From the NCBI GenBank assembly GCA_039744215.1, contig JBCJTT010000007.1, positions 5,598 to 69,597 on the forward strand: a stretch of 64,000 bases of DNA. Reading direction: 5' to 3'. Shown in pieces: positions 54,217 to 62,714 of this stretch (positions are counted from its first letter, which is position 1; the number at the start of each line of letters is the position of its first letter). The DNA is from Solirubrobacteraceae bacterium (GTDB lineage Bacteria; Actinomycetota; Thermoleophilia; Solirubrobacterales; Solirubrobacteraceae). The notes below the pieces were generated by a model. It saw nothing but the letters and a program-made list of their open reading frames with translations. It was not told the DNA's origin and ran no database searches. Made by a program: the position numbers and the translations under genes.

Positions 54217-55106
54217 CCACAACGCAGAGTTGGAGCGAGCTCGATGGCGGCAGCTTCCTGATCGGCAACCCGCGCGGCGATGGTTACCCACAGGACGGCG
54301 AAACACCGGTTCACGAAGTAACGCTGAGCGCTTTTGCAATAGCGCCGTATCCCGTCACTAACTCCCAGTTTGCCGATTTTGTCCAGCAGACCGGCTACTG
54401 CACCGACGCCGAGGAGGTTGGCTGGTCGTTCGTCTTCACGATGTTCCTGCCGGCGGATTTTGAGCCGACCCGCGCCGTCCAACGGGCCGAGTGGTGGCGT
54501 CAGGTCTTCGGCGCCGACTGGGCGCACCCGGAAGGACCGCAGAGCGATATCGCTGAGCGCAGGAAACACCCCGTCGTCCAGGTCAGCTGGAACGACGCCG
54601 CCGCCTACTGCCGCTGGGCCGGCGCGCGGCTGCCAACCGAGGCCGAATGGGAGTTCGCGGCGCGCGGCGGCCTCGACGGAATGGCATTCCCGTGGGGCAA
54701 CGAGCTGGAACCCGGCGGCGTCCACCGGATGAACGTCTTCCAGGGGGAATTCCCGGCCGAGAACAGCTGCGCCGACGGATTCGCGGGAACCTGCCCGGTC
54801 GGCTCGTTCCCGGCAAACGATTACGGGCTTTACGAGATGACCGGAAATGTCTGGGAGATGTGCTCGGACTCCTACCACGCCGAATATTACGCGGCCAGTC
54901 CGGCGCTTGACCCGACTGGGCCGGCGCTTCCTCCCGACGCGCCGCGCGTCCAGCGCGGCGGCTCGTACCTCTGTCACGCCTCCTACTGCAAGCGCTACCG
55001 CGTCGACGCGCGCAGCCACAACACGCCGGAAAGCGCTGCCGGCAACCTCGGCCTGCGGCTTGTGCGTGACGACGCGGCCACGTTAGCTTCCGGCGATGGC
55101 CGATAG
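54213..55106 (+). CDS. formylglycine-generating enzyme family protein (SUMF1/FGE)
   Basis: 297 aa. Motifs HEVTLSAFAIAPYPVTN, WAGARLPTEAEWE and catalytic Cys pair RGGSYLCHASYCKRYR. ATGA overlap with the ABC gene. Confidence 0.85.
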   Translation: MTTTQSWSELDGGSFLIGNPRGDGYPQDGETPVHEVTLSAFAIAPYPVTNSQFADFVQQTGYCTDAEEVGWSFVFTMFLPADFEPTRAVQRAEWWRQVFGADWAHPEGPQSDIAERRKHPVVQVSWNDAAAYCRWAGARLPTEAEWEFAARGGLDGMAFPWGNELEPGGVHRMNVFQGEFPAENSCADGFAGTCPVGSFPANDYGLYEMTGNVWEMCSDSYHAEYYAASPALDPTGPALPPDAPRVQRGGSYLCHASYCKRYRVDARSHNTPESAAGNLGLRLVRDDAATLASGDGR

Positions 55107-55485
55107 GCAGCAAGACGGCGCGGCGGGGCGCGTTGAAGCGATCTTCATCACCGCTGTTTCGCAGGCGCCGATGGTCGAATGCCGGTCGGTCAAGGCAATC
55201 ACTGGCTGCGGCTTAGAGGGCGACCGGTACTGCATCGCCGAGCTAGGCGAGAGGAGCTTCGCGAACATGACGCTGATTGAGCAGGAAGCCTACGACCATC
55301 TCGCGTCGATTGAGCTTGAGCTGCCGACCAACGCGCTGCGACGCAACCTTCTAACCAGCGGGATACAGCTCAGCGCGCTGGTCGGCCGCGGCGGCCTGCG
55401 CGCGCAGATCCTTGACGGCGGGCTGATCTCAGTTGGCGACGCCGTCAGCACAATGTCAGAAACGGCGCCTTCCGGTCGACCGTAG
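55096..55485 (+). CDS. MOSC-domain-like protein (short)
   Basis: 129 aa. Motifs GLEGDRY, RRNLLTSG and LISVGDAV resemble MOSC. The central beta-barrel part looks shortened. Overlaps the FGE gene by 11 nt. Confidence 0.5.
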   Translation: MADRQQDGAAGRVEAIFITAVSQAPMVECRSVKAITGCGLEGDRYCIAELGERSFANMTLIEQEAYDHLASIELELPTNALRRNLLTSGIQLSALVGRGGLRAQILDGGLISVGDAVSTMSETAPSGRP

Positions 55486-55520
55486 GTATAGCGTTAACGC
55501 GAGCTAGAGGAAAGGACGGT

Positions 55521-56009
55521 ATGGGCCCGAGCGAGACGATGGACATGGTGGTCGGAATGCTCGACCGCAACGAGATTGAGTTTCAACGTCGCCCCGATGG
55601 CGATGAGGTGCGCGTACTGCTCGGAACTGCCGCCGTATTCATCGGCACCGGCGTCTGGGATGGGCAAGAGATTGTCGTCATCCACTCGCCCCTTGTGCTC
55701 GACCTTCAGCTAACGCCGGAGACGACAGCCAGCGCCCACTTCTGGGTCAACCAGCGCAACCGCGAGACGCGCTTCGCTCGCTTTGTGCTGGTGGACACGC
55801 GGCCAGACGAACCGGGCGCAACAACGACTGCCTTCATCAACGCTGAACATGAGCTGCTGTCAGCTGACCTGCAGGCCAGCGAGCTGATCAACGCGGTCGA
55901 GGAGATGGCCGCGATCGCCGACGCGGTTGACGAGGAAGCGGTCGCGCTGCTCGGTGGCAAAACCTACGCTGCGGCGAGTGAGGAAGAGGCGGAGATTGAG
56001 CAGGAGTAA
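55521..56009 (+). CDS. YbjN-like (putative sensory-transduction/chaperone-like) protein
   Basis: 162 aa with an acidic C-terminus. The YbjN-like call rests on overall pattern only. Confidence 0.45.
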   Translation: MGPSETMDMVVGMLDRNEIEFQRRPDGDEVRVLLGTAAVFIGTGVWDGQEIVVIHSPLVLDLQLTPETTASAHFWVNQRNRETRFARFVLVDTRPDEPGATTTAFINAEHELLSADLQASELINAVEEMAAIADAVDEEAVALLGGKTYAAASEEEAEIEQE

Positions 56010-56020
56010 GGCTGAGTAGC

Positions 56021-56308
56021 TCAGTCGCCGGTCGCAGACTCGCCGTTCCGCCAGTAGTGGCTGACAGCGATCGCTGTCGTGCAGGCGATTACACCAACCG
56101 TGTTGGCAATCATCATCGCCGGATTGCCGAGTGCAATCCCATAGGCGAGCCAGGCGGCGCCGCCGATCCAGAGTAAGCCGAGGAAGGGCATGCTGATGTC
56201 GGCTGAACTTTGCCTTCGGTGAGCACGCAGCGCCTGCAGCAGTGGACTGGCGCCCATCAGAACCCCGAATGAGCCGGCCGTGACGGAGAGAACCGCGGTG
56301 ATGTCCAT
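56021..56308 (-). CDS. SemiSWEET / PQ-loop family 3-TM transporter
   Basis: 95 aa with three TM helices. The first helix is followed by SPLLQALR (PQ-loop-like). Starts 10 nt downstream of the GATase1 stop. Confidence 0.55.
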   Translation of the reverse strand: MDITAVLSVTAGSFGVLMGASPLLQALRAHRRQSSADISMPFLGLLWIGGAAWLAYGIALGNPAMMIANTVGVIACTTAIAVSHYWRNGESATGD

Positions 56309-56318
56309 AGCCGTGAGG

Positions 56319-57041
56319 TTACTTGGCGATGCGGGCCTGAACGATGTCCAGCCATGCGCCGATCAACCGCCCTGCCTGGCCGCCCAGCTGCTCGTGCTGA
56401 TCGACCGCGTCGACAAGGAACTGCTTGCCGCCCTCGTCGCCCAGCGTCGCTGCCAGCGCTGCTGCATACTCCGGCACCTCGCTCCACTGCTGCGCCATCT
56501 GCGGCGTAACCTCGAGGTGGAACTGAATGCCGTAGGCGCTATCGCCATAGCGGAAGGCTTGGTTTGGCGCGGCAGGCGAGCTGGCCAGCAGAACTGCGCC
56601 AGCGGGCAGTTCAAACGTGTCGCCGTGCCACTGCAGCGTGACCAGCGGGTCGTCGGCCGCTCCGAGCACAGGGTCGGCTAAGCCTTCGGGCGTGAGCTCA
56701 ACCGGCAGCAGTCCAACCTCGGCCTGCTCCAGTGGATAGACGCGTGCGCCGAGCGCGCTGGCCAGCAGCTGGACGCCGAGGCAGGCGCCGAAGTAGGGCA
56801 GTCCGGCGTTGACAGCCTCAGCGGTCCAGCGCTTCTCCTCGATCAGCCACGGGAAGTCATCCTCGTCATTGACGCTCATCGGGCCGCCCATTGCGATGAT
56901 CCCGTCGAACTCACGCCAGTCGGGCAGCGCGTCGCCGGTATCTATCTCAATCACGCTGCGCTGAACGCCGCGGCGGTCAAGCTCCGTATTGTAGGCACCA
57001 GGGCTCTCGCAGAAAAGGTGCTGAACGACTGCGATCCGCAC
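56319..57041 (-). CDS. class I glutamine amidotransferase-like protein
   Basis: Trimmed to the GTG at 57041. Nucleophile context GACLGVQLL and a C-terminal IQFHLE His/Glu pair. Confidence 0.75.
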   Translation of the reverse strand: MRIAVVQHLFCESPGAYNTELDRRGVQRSVIEIDTGDALPDWREFDGIIAMGGPMSVNDEDDFPWLIEEKRWTAEAVNAGLPYFGACLGVQLLASALGARVYPLEQAEVGLLPVELTPEGLADPVLGAADDPLVTLQWHGDTFELPAGAVLLASSPAAPNQAFRYGDSAYGIQFHLEVTPQMAQQWSEVPEYAAALAATLGDEGGKQFLVDAVDQHEQLGGQAGRLIGAWLDIVQARIAK

Positions 57042-57046
57042 CCCGG

Positions 57047-58393
57047 CTACCCGGTCTTTCCGTCGAGCCCGGGGATCCACTTCGTCCCGGCCAGTGGCAC
57101 GCGGGCCATTGCCGCAGCCTCAATCGTCAAACCGACCAGATCTTCCGGCTCAAGGTTACGAACGTCTGACTTGCCGCAGGCGCGGGCCAAGGTCTGCGTC
57201 TCAAGCACCATCGCGCGCAGGTAGTTAGCTAGGCGCCGGCCGCCAAGCTCGGCGTTGAAGCGCTTGCCGAGCTCCTCATCCTGGGTTGAGATGCCGGCCG
57301 GATCGCGGCCCTCGTGCCAAGCGTCGTAGTAGCCAGCACTACTGCCGAGCTTTTCGTACTCCTCCTGATATTCGGGCGCATTGTCGCCGAGCGCAATTAT
57401 CGCCGCGACACCGATCGAGACGGCGTCGGCGCCTAGCGCCAGTGCCTTTGCGACGTCGGCGCCGGTGCGGATGCCGCCGGAGACGATCAGCTGAACCTTA
57501 CGGTGCATGCCAAGCTCTTTCAGCGAGTCAACGGCCTCGGGGATCGCCGACATGATCGGGATCCCAACATGTTCGATGAAGACATCCTGCGTTGCCGCTG
57601 TGCCGCCCTCCATGCCGTCAAGGACGACAACGTCGGCGCCAGCCTTGACTGCCAGTGCGACATCGAAGTAGGGCCGTGAGGCAGCGATTTTAACGTAGAT
57701 CGGCACGCGCCAGTCGGTGATCTCGCGCAGCTCGCCAATCTTAATCTCAAGGTCGTCGGGGCCGGTCCAGTCGGGGTGACGGCAGGCGCTTCGCTGGTCG
57801 ATCCCTTTTGGCAGGTCGCGCATCTCGGCCACGCGGTCGGAGATCTTCTGACCGAGCAACATTCCGCCGCCGCCCGGCTTGGCGCCCTGCCCAATCACGA
57901 CCTCGATCGCATCGGCCCGGCGCAGGTCATCAGGGTTCATCCCGTAGCGGGAAGGCAGCAGCTGGTACACGAGCTTCTCGGAGTGACCGCGCTCCTCCTC
58001 GGTCATTCCTCCATCACCGGTGGTCGTGCTGGTGCCGACAACGGTCGCGCCGCGGCCCAGAGCCTCCTTCGCTTGCGCCGACAGGGCGCCGAAGCTCATG
58101 CCGGCGATCGTGATCGGGATGTCCAGCTCGATCGGGTTCTTCGCGAAGCGCGTACCGAGCGTCACTGCCGTATTGCACCGCTCGCGGTAGCCCTCCAGCG
58201 GGTAGCGCGAAACGCTGGCGCCAAGCATCAGCAGATCGTCAAAGTGCGGCACCTTGCGCTTTGCGCCGAAGCCGCGGATGTCGTAAATCCCTTCGCGCGC
58301 CTTGCGTTGAATCTCATGGATTACGTTGCGGTCGAAGAGCGCCGACTCGCGCATCCCGATGCCGCCCGCAGGTCCTTCGCCGTGATCAGCCAT
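57047..58393 (-). CDS. FMN-binding glutamate-synthase-family protein (MgsC/GlxD-like)
   Basis: 448 aa. Matches the GltB FMN domain: GQGAKPGGGG, DGMEGGTAAT and SGGIRTGADVAKALALGADAV. Confidence 0.85.
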   Translation of the reverse strand: MADHGEGPAGGIGMRESALFDRNVIHEIQRKAREGIYDIRGFGAKRKVPHFDDLLMLGASVSRYPLEGYRERCNTAVTLGTRFAKNPIELDIPITIAGMSFGALSAQAKEALGRGATVVGTSTTTGDGGMTEEERGHSEKLVYQLLPSRYGMNPDDLRRADAIEVVIGQGAKPGGGGMLLGQKISDRVAEMRDLPKGIDQRSACRHPDWTGPDDLEIKIGELREITDWRVPIYVKIAASRPYFDVALAVKAGADVVVLDGMEGGTAATQDVFIEHVGIPIMSAIPEAVDSLKELGMHRKVQLIVSGGIRTGADVAKALALGADAVSIGVAAIIALGDNAPEYQEEYEKLGSSAGYYDAWHEGRDPAGISTQDEELGKRFNAELGGRRLANYLRAMVLETQTLARACGKSDVRNLEPEDLVGLTIEAAAMARVPLAGTKWIPGLDGKTG

Positions 58394-59094
58394 TAGTAAG
58401 CGTCCGCATTGTCGATGTCGAAGTTGTAGAGCTTTCGCGCCGAGCCGTAGCGTTTGAAGTCGGCCGCGTCGCAGTCAACCCCTGCCTCGGCGAGCAAGCC
58501 GGTCAGCTCCGCCAGATGGAAGTCGCCGAACTCCTTTTCGATGCAGTCGGCGCCCAGCTCGGCGACCGAGCCACGGACGTAGATGTGCGTTTCATAGATC
58601 GAATCACCAAGCGCCTCACCGGCGTCACCGCAGACAACGAGCGCGCCCTTCTGCGCCATGAAGCCGCTGAGGTGGCCGACGTTGCCTTCGACAACGATGT
58701 TGACGCCCTTCATCGAGATGCCGCAGCGCGCCGCGGCGTTGCCGCGCACAACGACAAGGCCGCCGCGGCCGGTCGCAGCGGCCGACTGGCTGGCGTCGCC
58801 ATCGACGATCACCGAGCCAGACATGATGTTCTCTGCCAAACCGACCCCAGCGCTGCCGTGAATCCGGACCTGCGCCTCCTTGTTCATGCCGGCGCAGTAG
58901 TAACCGACGTGTCCGTCGATATCGATCTCCAGCGGCGCGTTGACGCCGGCCGCGATCGCGTGAATCCCGCCCGGATGGATGATCCTCCATCGCTGTGGGC
59001 CGCCTTCGGCGGCGTCATGCAGACGCTGGTTCAGTTCGCGGATCGGAGTATCCGTCAGGTCGACCGTTTCAACCGCTGTTTCTGTGGCAGTCAT
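58393..59094 (-). CDS. GXGXG-motif protein, glutamate synthase alpha-subunit C-terminal domain homolog (MgsB/GlxC-like)
   Basis: Trimmed to the ATG at 59094. Repeated beta-helix GxxGxxxG segments. TAATG junctions on both sides. Confidence 0.8.
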   Translation of the reverse strand: MTATETAVETVDLTDTPIRELNQRLHDAAEGGPQRWRIIHPGGIHAIAAGVNAPLEIDIDGHVGYYCAGMNKEAQVRIHGSAGVGLAENIMSGSVIVDGDASQSAAATGRGGLVVVRGNAAARCGISMKGVNIVVEGNVGHLSGFMAQKGALVVCGDAGEALGDSIYETHIYVRGSVAELGADCIEKEFGDFHLAELTGLLAEAGVDCDAADFKRYGSARKLYNFDIDNADAY

Positions 59095-59999
59095 TAGACG
59101 CGCTGCTTCTCCCAGATGTAGACCTGGCCAGGCTCCGGCTCCCAGACGCGAGCCGTCTCGGCCCCTGGCAGCACCGCGATCGCTCGGTACTCGGAGGCCA
59201 TCGCAACCCACTCGTCGCTCTCGCTCATCACTGCTGGCTTGCAGGCAATCGGGTCGCGCAGCACGGCGAAGCCGTCGGCGGTTCCAACCGCGAATGTGTA
59301 GAAGCCGTCGAGGTCATCAAGACCTGACTCAAGCGCCTCAGTCAGGCTTGCGCCTTCGCGCATCTTCCAGGTCAGGTAGGCAGCGGCGACCTCGGAGTCG
59401 TTGTCGGTTTGAATCGTCAGCCCTTCGCGGCGCAGCTCCTCACGCAGGCGGTTGTGGTTGGAGAGCGAGCCGTTGTGGACGAGGCATAGGTCGAGCCCAG
59501 TCGAAAACGGGTGCGAGTGCTCGGTCGTGACGATGCTCTCGGTCGCCATCCGCGTGTGGCCGAGCGCGTGCGTGCCGCTGAGCTCCCGCAGCCCGAAGCG
59601 CTCAATAAACTGACGCGGGTCACCCTTCTCCTTGTAGATCTCAATCGATTGGCCGGCGCTCATGACGCGCAATTCGGGGTGGTTGTCGATCACCCAGCGG
59701 CCGGCGTCGTCGGCATCGGTCTCAACGACGATCACTGCATGACTGGCACGGACTTCGGGAGCATGAGCGCCGCCGAACGCCTTTGATAACTGGCCCGCTA
59801 GGTCATCCCACGAGTATTGATCATCGGGCGAGAAGAGCGTCAGTTTGCTGCACCCGGTCGGCGCCGGGTTGCGATAGAAGGCAACGCCAGCGCTGTCCGG
59901 GCCACGGTCGGCCATCTGGATCAGCATGTCGGACAGGTGGTCGCCGAGACGCTGCTCGAAGGCCGTCGATTTACTAAAGAGCCCGGCGATTCCACACAT
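59094..59999 (-). CDS. class II (Ntn) glutamine amidotransferase-like protein (MgsA/GlxB-like)
   Basis: ATG at 59999 gives the MCGIAG N-terminal nucleophile Cys. AAGGAGG lies 6 nt upstream. Confidence 0.8.
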   Translation of the reverse strand: MCGIAGLFSKSTAFEQRLGDHLSDMLIQMADRGPDSAGVAFYRNPAPTGCSKLTLFSPDDQYSWDDLAGQLSKAFGGAHAPEVRASHAVIVVETDADDAGRWVIDNHPELRVMSAGQSIEIYKEKGDPRQFIERFGLRELSGTHALGHTRMATESIVTTEHSHPFSTGLDLCLVHNGSLSNHNRLREELRREGLTIQTDNDSEVAAAYLTWKMREGASLTEALESGLDDLDGFYTFAVGTADGFAVLRDPIACKPAVMSESDEWVAMASEYRAIAVLPGAETARVWEPEPGQVYIWEKQRV

Positions 60000-60020
60000 C
60001 AAAACCCTCCTTGGTGATCG

Positions 60021-60060
60021 TCCAGACGTTGACGTCTAGATCCAGACGTTGAAGTTTAGA
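60021..60060. repeat. 20-bp tandem repeat x2; copy 1 is itself a near-perfect palindrome
   Basis: TCCAGACGTTGACGTCTAGA (60021-60040) and TCCAGACGTTGAAGTTTAGA (60041-60060), 18/20 identical. Copy 1 has 9-bp arms with one mismatch around a central TG. Lies between the GS-like stop and the amidotransferase Shine-Dalgarno. Confidence 0.8.
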
Positions 60061-61426
60061 ACAGCTGAAGGTACCGATCGAGCTCCCACTTGGTGATCTG
60101 CTCATGGGCTGTCGTCCATTCAAGCCGCTTGCGTTCGATGAAGTAGTCAACGTAGTCACGTCCGTCATGGCTGCCAAAGGCCTTACGCATCACGTCGTTG
60201 GTTTCCAGCTCACGCGTCGCGTCAAGCAGGTTCGCTGGCAACGTCTTAATGCCCATCTCCTCGCGCTGGGCGGCAGTCGTTTTGAACATGTTCTCGCTGG
60301 TCGGGTCGCCCGGGTCAAGGCCACGCTCAATGCCGTCGAGGCCGGCCGCCAGAACTGCGGTCGCCGCCAAGTAGGGGTTGCAGGAACCGTCAACGGTGCG
60401 ATCTTCAATCCGCCCGAGGTCAGGAATCCGCAGCATCATCGAACGGTTGTTGTGGCCGTAGGTGACGTACGCCGGCGCCCAGGTCGAGCCGCTGGTCGGC
60501 TCACCGACAACGAGCCGCTTATATGAGTTGACGGTTGGCGCTGTGATCGCGATGTAGGCCGTTGCATTGTCGGTCAGGCCGCCGAGAAAGTTGTACCCCG
60601 TCTCGGACAGCCCGAGGCCGCGCGGATCGTCAGCAGGGTCGGAGTGGAAGACGTTCTCGTCGCCCTTCCAGAGACTCATGTGGAAGTGGCAGCCGTTGCC
60701 GGTCAGGTGACCGAAAGGCTTCGGCATGAAGGTCGCGATCAGGCCGCGCTCCTGCGCCATCGCCTCAACCATGTAGCGGAAGAAGACGGCCCGGTCGCAG
60801 GTTGTCAGCGCATCGGCGTAGTCCCAGTTCTGCTCGAACTGGCCGTTGGCGTCCTCATGGTCGTTGGCGTAATTGTCCCAGCCGAGCGCCGTGATGTTGT
60901 CGGCAACCTCGATGACGAACGGCAGGTTGCGAGTCAGCGCCCGCATGTCGTAACAGGGCTGCTCAAGATCGTCGAGCGGGTCGGCCAGCTGGATTGAGCC
61001 GTCGTCGCCGCGGCGCAGCAGGAAGTACTCAAGCTCGGCGCCGATCCGCAGCTCGTAGCCAAGCTCAGCGGCGCGGGCGATCTGGTTTCGCAGGATCGTC
61101 CGAGGGCAGAACGGCCACGGCTCGCCCTCGACCGTTACGTTACAGGCGAAGCGCGCGATCTTCGGCAACCAGGGCAGCTTCGTGAAGGTCGAAACGTCGG
61201 GCATCGCAATCATGTCGGGGCTGTCCGGCGTCTGGCCGATATCGCCGGCGGCAAAGCCAGCGAAGCCGGCGCCGTCCTCCAACAGGTCATCGAGGTGATG
61301 CGCGGGCACCAACTTGGCGCTCGGCTTGCCGTGCATGTCGACGAACTGCGCGAAGAAGAACTCGATTCCTTCGTCGGCAACGGCCTTGCGAACGTCATCA
61401 ACTGTCGGTGTTTGGTTAGCGGCCAT
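60056..61426 (-). CDS. glutamine-synthetase-family gamma-glutamyl-amine ligase (GmaS/GlnA-like)
   Basis: 456 aa with GS beta-grasp and catalytic domains (GAELEYFL, NGCHFHMSLW, RIPD). The ammonium-site region reads FAGFAAGD rather than the FDGSS of true GS. Confidence 0.8.
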   Translation of the reverse strand: MAANQTPTVDDVRKAVADEGIEFFFAQFVDMHGKPSAKLVPAHHLDDLLEDGAGFAGFAAGDIGQTPDSPDMIAMPDVSTFTKLPWLPKIARFACNVTVEGEPWPFCPRTILRNQIARAAELGYELRIGAELEYFLLRRGDDGSIQLADPLDDLEQPCYDMRALTRNLPFVIEVADNITALGWDNYANDHEDANGQFEQNWDYADALTTCDRAVFFRYMVEAMAQERGLIATFMPKPFGHLTGNGCHFHMSLWKGDENVFHSDPADDPRGLGLSETGYNFLGGLTDNATAYIAITAPTVNSYKRLVVGEPTSGSTWAPAYVTYGHNNRSMMLRIPDLGRIEDRTVDGSCNPYLAATAVLAAGLDGIERGLDPGDPTSENMFKTTAAQREEMGIKTLPANLLDATRELETNDVMRKAFGSHDGRDYVDYFIERKRLEWTTAHEQITKWELDRYLQLF

Positions 61427-61557
61427 CCTGATCCTCTCGTCGGATAATTCTGAGTACTTGGTTGAACGATATTACGGGAACGCGCCTACTTCGCGTGACA
61501 CGGTAGGGCCCCTGCGACCAGGTCAGGGCCGCCACGACACTGCTGCGCGGCGCCCGG

Positions 61558-61992
61558 TCAGCGCTTGCTCTCTTCCTGCTGTCCGCTGCTCTGTGGACTT
61601 GGCGTGGCGCCTTCGACTGAAACGTTCTTTTCTCGGATCACCTTTGCGACGTCCCCGGTGTTAGCGTTTAGCTGAACCACGGCTAGGCGCAGATAGACCT
61701 TGCCATTCGGGCTCGGCTTGGAGAGCGAGACGGCCCAGTAAGGAGCGCCCTGTAACCCCTGCCGGAGGAACCGGACCTGCGTCCGGGTGGGCTGAAAGTC
61801 AACCTGGCGGAGGGCAATAGTGATCGCCTGATCCTTGGAAATGCGGATCTGCGAACGCTGGCAGGAGAGCGAGAAGACCAGTGCCGCGGCGAAGGTTACG
61901 GCGACGAAAGCCACCGCCGCCCAGCGCGGCCTTTGCAGCGGCCCAGGGCGCACGCGGTGGCGCAGCACCGACCGCCGATCCGGATCGTCCAT
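61558..61992 (-). CDS. membrane-anchored PepSY-like protein
   Basis: 144 aa. TM anchor, then ISKDQAITIALRQV...YWAV...VVQLNANTGDV, a PepSY-like pattern. Confidence 0.45.
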   Translation of the reverse strand: MDDPDRRSVLRHRVRPGPLQRPRWAAVAFVAVTFAAALVFSLSCQRSQIRISKDQAITIALRQVDFQPTRTQVRFLRQGLQGAPYWAVSLSKPSPNGKVYLRLAVVQLNANTGDVAKVIREKNVSVEGATPSPQSSGQQEESKR

Positions 61993-62034
61993 CGACTAAA
62001 GCCTACTACCCAGAGCTCTTGGCGCGGCCGAGCT

Positions 62035-62214
62035 TCAGACTTGTGGTCGGAAGGAATCGCCCGCGTCGGTACCCATAATGACAAACAGAACGACGGCGAC
62101 GCAGACAAGCGAGATGACAATCATCGCACGCTCGAAGCCCTTGACGTGGGTTTCGTCGGGTGGGAACTCAATCTGCTTGGTCCGTCCGTTGTCCCTGCTC
62201 TCAACGTCTGACAT
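62035..62214 (-). CDS. 59-aa single-TM protein (below the ORF-track length cutoff)
   Basis: Hand translation: MSDVESRDNGRTKQIEFPPDETHVKGFERAMIVISLVCVAVVLFVIMGTDAGDSFRPQV. AGGAGG lies 6 nt upstream of the ATG at 62214. Confidence 0.45.
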   Translation of the reverse strand: MSDVESRDNGRTKQIEFPPDETHVKGFERAMIVISLVCVAVVLFVIMGTDAGDSFRPQV

Positions 62215-62224
62215 CTAGTTCCTC

Positions 62225-62590
62225 CTAAGGGTTATAAGGGGTTACGTTGGGATCGGCTTCGTGGGCGACAGGGGAGGGGGCTAAGGCGGCGCGTCCTGAC
62301 CGGAGCCTGCTCACAAACCCCGTAAGGCGGCGATTCTCGAAAACGCACCAGTAGATCAGCACAACCACCATGAACGCAATCCCGATGCCGGTGAGCACGT
62401 AGTAGCTCGTTGCCGCGGCCAGACCATCGGGGCCGTACGTCGACCCGGGCCCGAAGGTCATGAACCCGGCGCACTCGGCGTAGGGACCTTGGACGATGAA
62501 GTCGGCCGTGTCTGCTGCATCTGGGCTGGAGTTGCCCACCGCTGCCGCCGACTGGATGCACGCTGGGGCACTGTCAATTAGCAACGGCAT
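62225..62590 (-). CDS. hypothetical membrane protein
   Basis: 121 aa with one strong TM helix (YYVLTGIGIAFMVVVLIYWCVF). The ATG lies 1 nt after the preceding small-ORF stop. Confidence 0.4.
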   Translation of the reverse strand: MPLLIDSAPACIQSAAAVGNSSPDAADTADFIVQGPYAECAGFMTFGPGSTYGPDGLAAATSYYVLTGIGIAFMVVVLIYWCVFENRRLTGFVSRLRSGRAALAPSPVAHEADPNVTPYNP

Positions 62591-62591
62591 T

Positions 62592-62714
62592 TCAAGCCTC
62601 CTCGTGTTCTTGGTCGACGATCCCGCCCTGACGCCGGTCCTTCATGATCACCCAGCCAGTAAGGCCCCCGACAACGATAACCATCAGCGCGATGCTCAAC
62701 GCGAACTCAAACAT
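62592..62714 (-). CDS. 40-aa single-TM peptide
   Basis: MFEFALSIALMVIVVGGLTGWVIMKDRRQGGIVDQEHEEA. The ATG at 62714 overlaps the amt stop by 8 nt. Confidence 0.3.
   Translation of the reverse strand: MFEFALSIALMVIVVGGLTGWVIMKDRRQGGIVDQEHEEA

Noticed and set aside
61427-61557. GlnR-type box or intrinsic terminator in the region upstream of the GS-like gene
   Set aside because: The sequences GTCAC-N6-TAGGC and GTTCC-N6-ATCGT do not fit the gTnAc-N6-GaAAc consensus. The hairpin GGCCCCTG...CAGGGCC has a bulge and no U-tract.
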